A DNA stretch of 64,000 nucleotides from Rhodosorus marinus CCMP1338 (lineage: Eukaryota; Plantae; Rhodophyta), in assembly GCA_029953675.1 (NCBI GenBank), contig JAMWBK010000003.1, positions 124,001-188,000 on the forward strand. Reading direction: 5' to 3'. Shown here piece after piece: positions 62,163 through 64,000 of the stretch. A program made the translations under genes and the position numbers. Below the pieces are notes generated by a model. The model ran no database searches, had not been told where the DNA came from, and was given only the letters and a program-made list of their open reading frames with translations. The stretch's first letter is position 1, and every line of letters starts with the position of its first letter.

Positions 62163-64000
62163 TTAAAACGTGTTTACAGGTGGCGTATCTCCTTCAGATT
62201 CTCGTTCATTCAGTCCGGAGTACCGGAAATTTTGTCTTTCGATCTCCTTTGCAACAGATTCTTCGCAAAACTTCAAAAATCGATCTCTCTCCTTGTTGTC
62301 CACCAAGGATTCGCTTTCTTCTCCAAGCTCAAGGAACAACTTTTCAAGTGTAGCGCATAGAAGTACGACATGCCCCATGTGGCCAGGTCGCTTCTTCTGA
62401 CCGCTCACCTGGACAGAAAAACAAGATCGTAAAAAGTAAGAAGACAAAACCACCTACAGATGGCTGATCAGGACATCTTCCTTACCTCTTCGCTCTCAAC
62501 CCAGGCGCGCATTATCTTCGGGATAATGCCTGCCTTCAACCAAGCCTTTCTCGCGTCAGTGCTCCCAGCCTCGAAGCTGTAACGGATGGTCGTTGTCACG
62601 GTGTTTAAAACTATGCTGTTCCATTCTCGGGAGAAGAAAATTTGTAGGAAGACTTCCGGAACTTTCTGCTCCAATAGAACCGCCGCTGTTTCCTGAACCC
62701 GACAATCCAATGACCACTTGAGTCATAAATTCTCGATCCAAAGTGGAACGATATTGCTCACTCGCTAGCTTACTCTGTTTCCGTTCTTGGTGCAGGCCAG
62801 CACAAATTCTGCAATCCTGAACTTCGTAATACCAAAAGGATCGGCAACTTCGTCACAACTGTTCGAAAATGAATCTTGGGTCCTGTCCTCTGTAAGTATC
62901 TTCACCAGCTCGTCAATGCGCTTCCGAAGGCACCGCTCAAACAACGCAGTGCTCTCCTGCAGAGCAACCGGCCAAATAACGAGAAGATTTTGTTCAGAGT
63001 TCTTTTCTTGGTCATCCGTTGTTCGTCAACGTTGTGCCAAGACGTCCAGAAAACTCTGAAGCAATCCTTACCAAGGCGGTTCTGCTTTTCATGACCGCCA
63101 ATTCGCCGTTAGCTTCCGATTGATTTCCTTCAATGCCAAATATCTTCTGCCTTGACATCCGCGAAACCATGGCGATGACACTGTTGATCGAGCTTGAACC
63201 AAGTGACGCGTCGTGCTCCACCCGATTCACTTCAGTAGTCAACAGTTCGGCAGCAACATCTAAAGACGCCATGAGTGCAACTGATCGACCGTTTCCTGAT
63301 GTACGAGAGCGTGCTACTGATCAGTTTCCAATCCCGCTTCTACATGCACAGACAGAAAGTAAGCGAGTCCCATTCTTCCTCGGCATGGACAAGTCCCTAC
63401 CCTGCGCAGCATAATCCTTAATCCCCGCATCGATCATTACCCCAAGGACTTCCTCCGGCTTCTCAAAGACGTTTAACTCGGATGGTATCTCCATCAGCAC
63501 TCGTTTCAATTGAAGAACTCTCAGGGATAGGTTCAGCACGAGCTTAGACGTATTGATCAAAGTATTCTCTCTAAAGCCCTCCCCCTGTTCAGTGCTCCCC
63601 GCGCTCTTCACAAACATCTTTGCAAGTTCTACATTCGCAAGAACAAAAGAGAGGTCCAAATGAGAGATATGGGTACGCACTTTCAGGCCTCGGAGAGCAT
63701 GACGAGCTCGCAAACCTGATAATACGTTGCCGCTCACAAGAAGATCAACAGACTCCTTTCGAGGTTGTCCAACCTCGGAACTGAAGAATCTCCCCTGAAA
63801 ACACGCGCAAAACCAGATTATTAATGAACTACAAAAAGAAGATATTTTCGCGTGACAACAAATTAAGAGGAGCGACCTATTCCTTACAGTATCCGCGCTA
63901 TCAAGAACTCTGAGAACAAGGTCGGCAACAGACTCCTCCGCAACATGCACGAGCAGCGAAGGAATGAATGACTTGTTGTGAACTAGGTGGTGCAGTACTT
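62163..64000 (-). CDS. SAPS-domain protein (SIT4-associated / PP6 regulatory subunit), 5' end outside the window
   Basis: RIDELVKIL...DPFGITKFRIAEFVLA, QIFFSREWNSIV, WLKAGIIPKIMRAW, KRPGHMGHVVLL...FLKFCEESV match the SAPS blocks PLG..RLKI, FF.YPWNNFLH and GYMGHL. Confidence 0.8.

Noticed and set aside
1-64000. tRNA, rRNA, snRNA, snoRNA, telomeric arrays or CRISPR-like repeat-spacer arrays
   Set aside because: Manual scanning found no T-loop/cloverleaf, no U1/U2/U6 signature, no well-spaced C/D box pair and no repeat-spacer periodicity. A covariance-model search would be needed to exclude divergent ncRNAs.

Overview
Eukaryotic nuclear DNA with short GT-AG introns (mostly about 85-125 nt). Several genes carry simple plastid-transit-peptide-like N-termini and have cyanobacterial/plant homologues (DUF760, At5g03900-like, DnaJ-like zinc finger). 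This points to a primary-plastid alga, most likely a unicellular red alga (inference). Recognisable genes: Mad3/BubR1-like checkpoint protein, DUF760 protein, C2H2 zinc-finger protein, dymeclin, a TVGYGD voltage-gated K+ channel, a PARL-type rhomboid protease, an At5g03900-like plastid protein, a DnaJ-type zinc-finger protein, a Fyv7-like rRNA-processing protein, PIF1 helicase, TM9SF/EMP70, a Spinster MFS transporter, and a 5'-truncated SAPS/PP6R gene. Orphans include an acylated MARCKS-like disordered protein and a possible metal-site-less hemerythrin-like protein. Mobile DNA: a decayed CRE-type (restriction-like endonuclease) non-LTR retrotransposon at about 39.1-42.35 kb with an atypical IHDD motif, a probable decayed Tc1/IS630 transposase, and several MITE-like elements. 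There is also an exact 142-bp tandem duplication. I found no rRNA, tRNA, snRNA or CRISPR array, and no convincing novel multi-gene system. All calls come from manual motif recognition, no database was searched, and exon boundaries are partly approximate.
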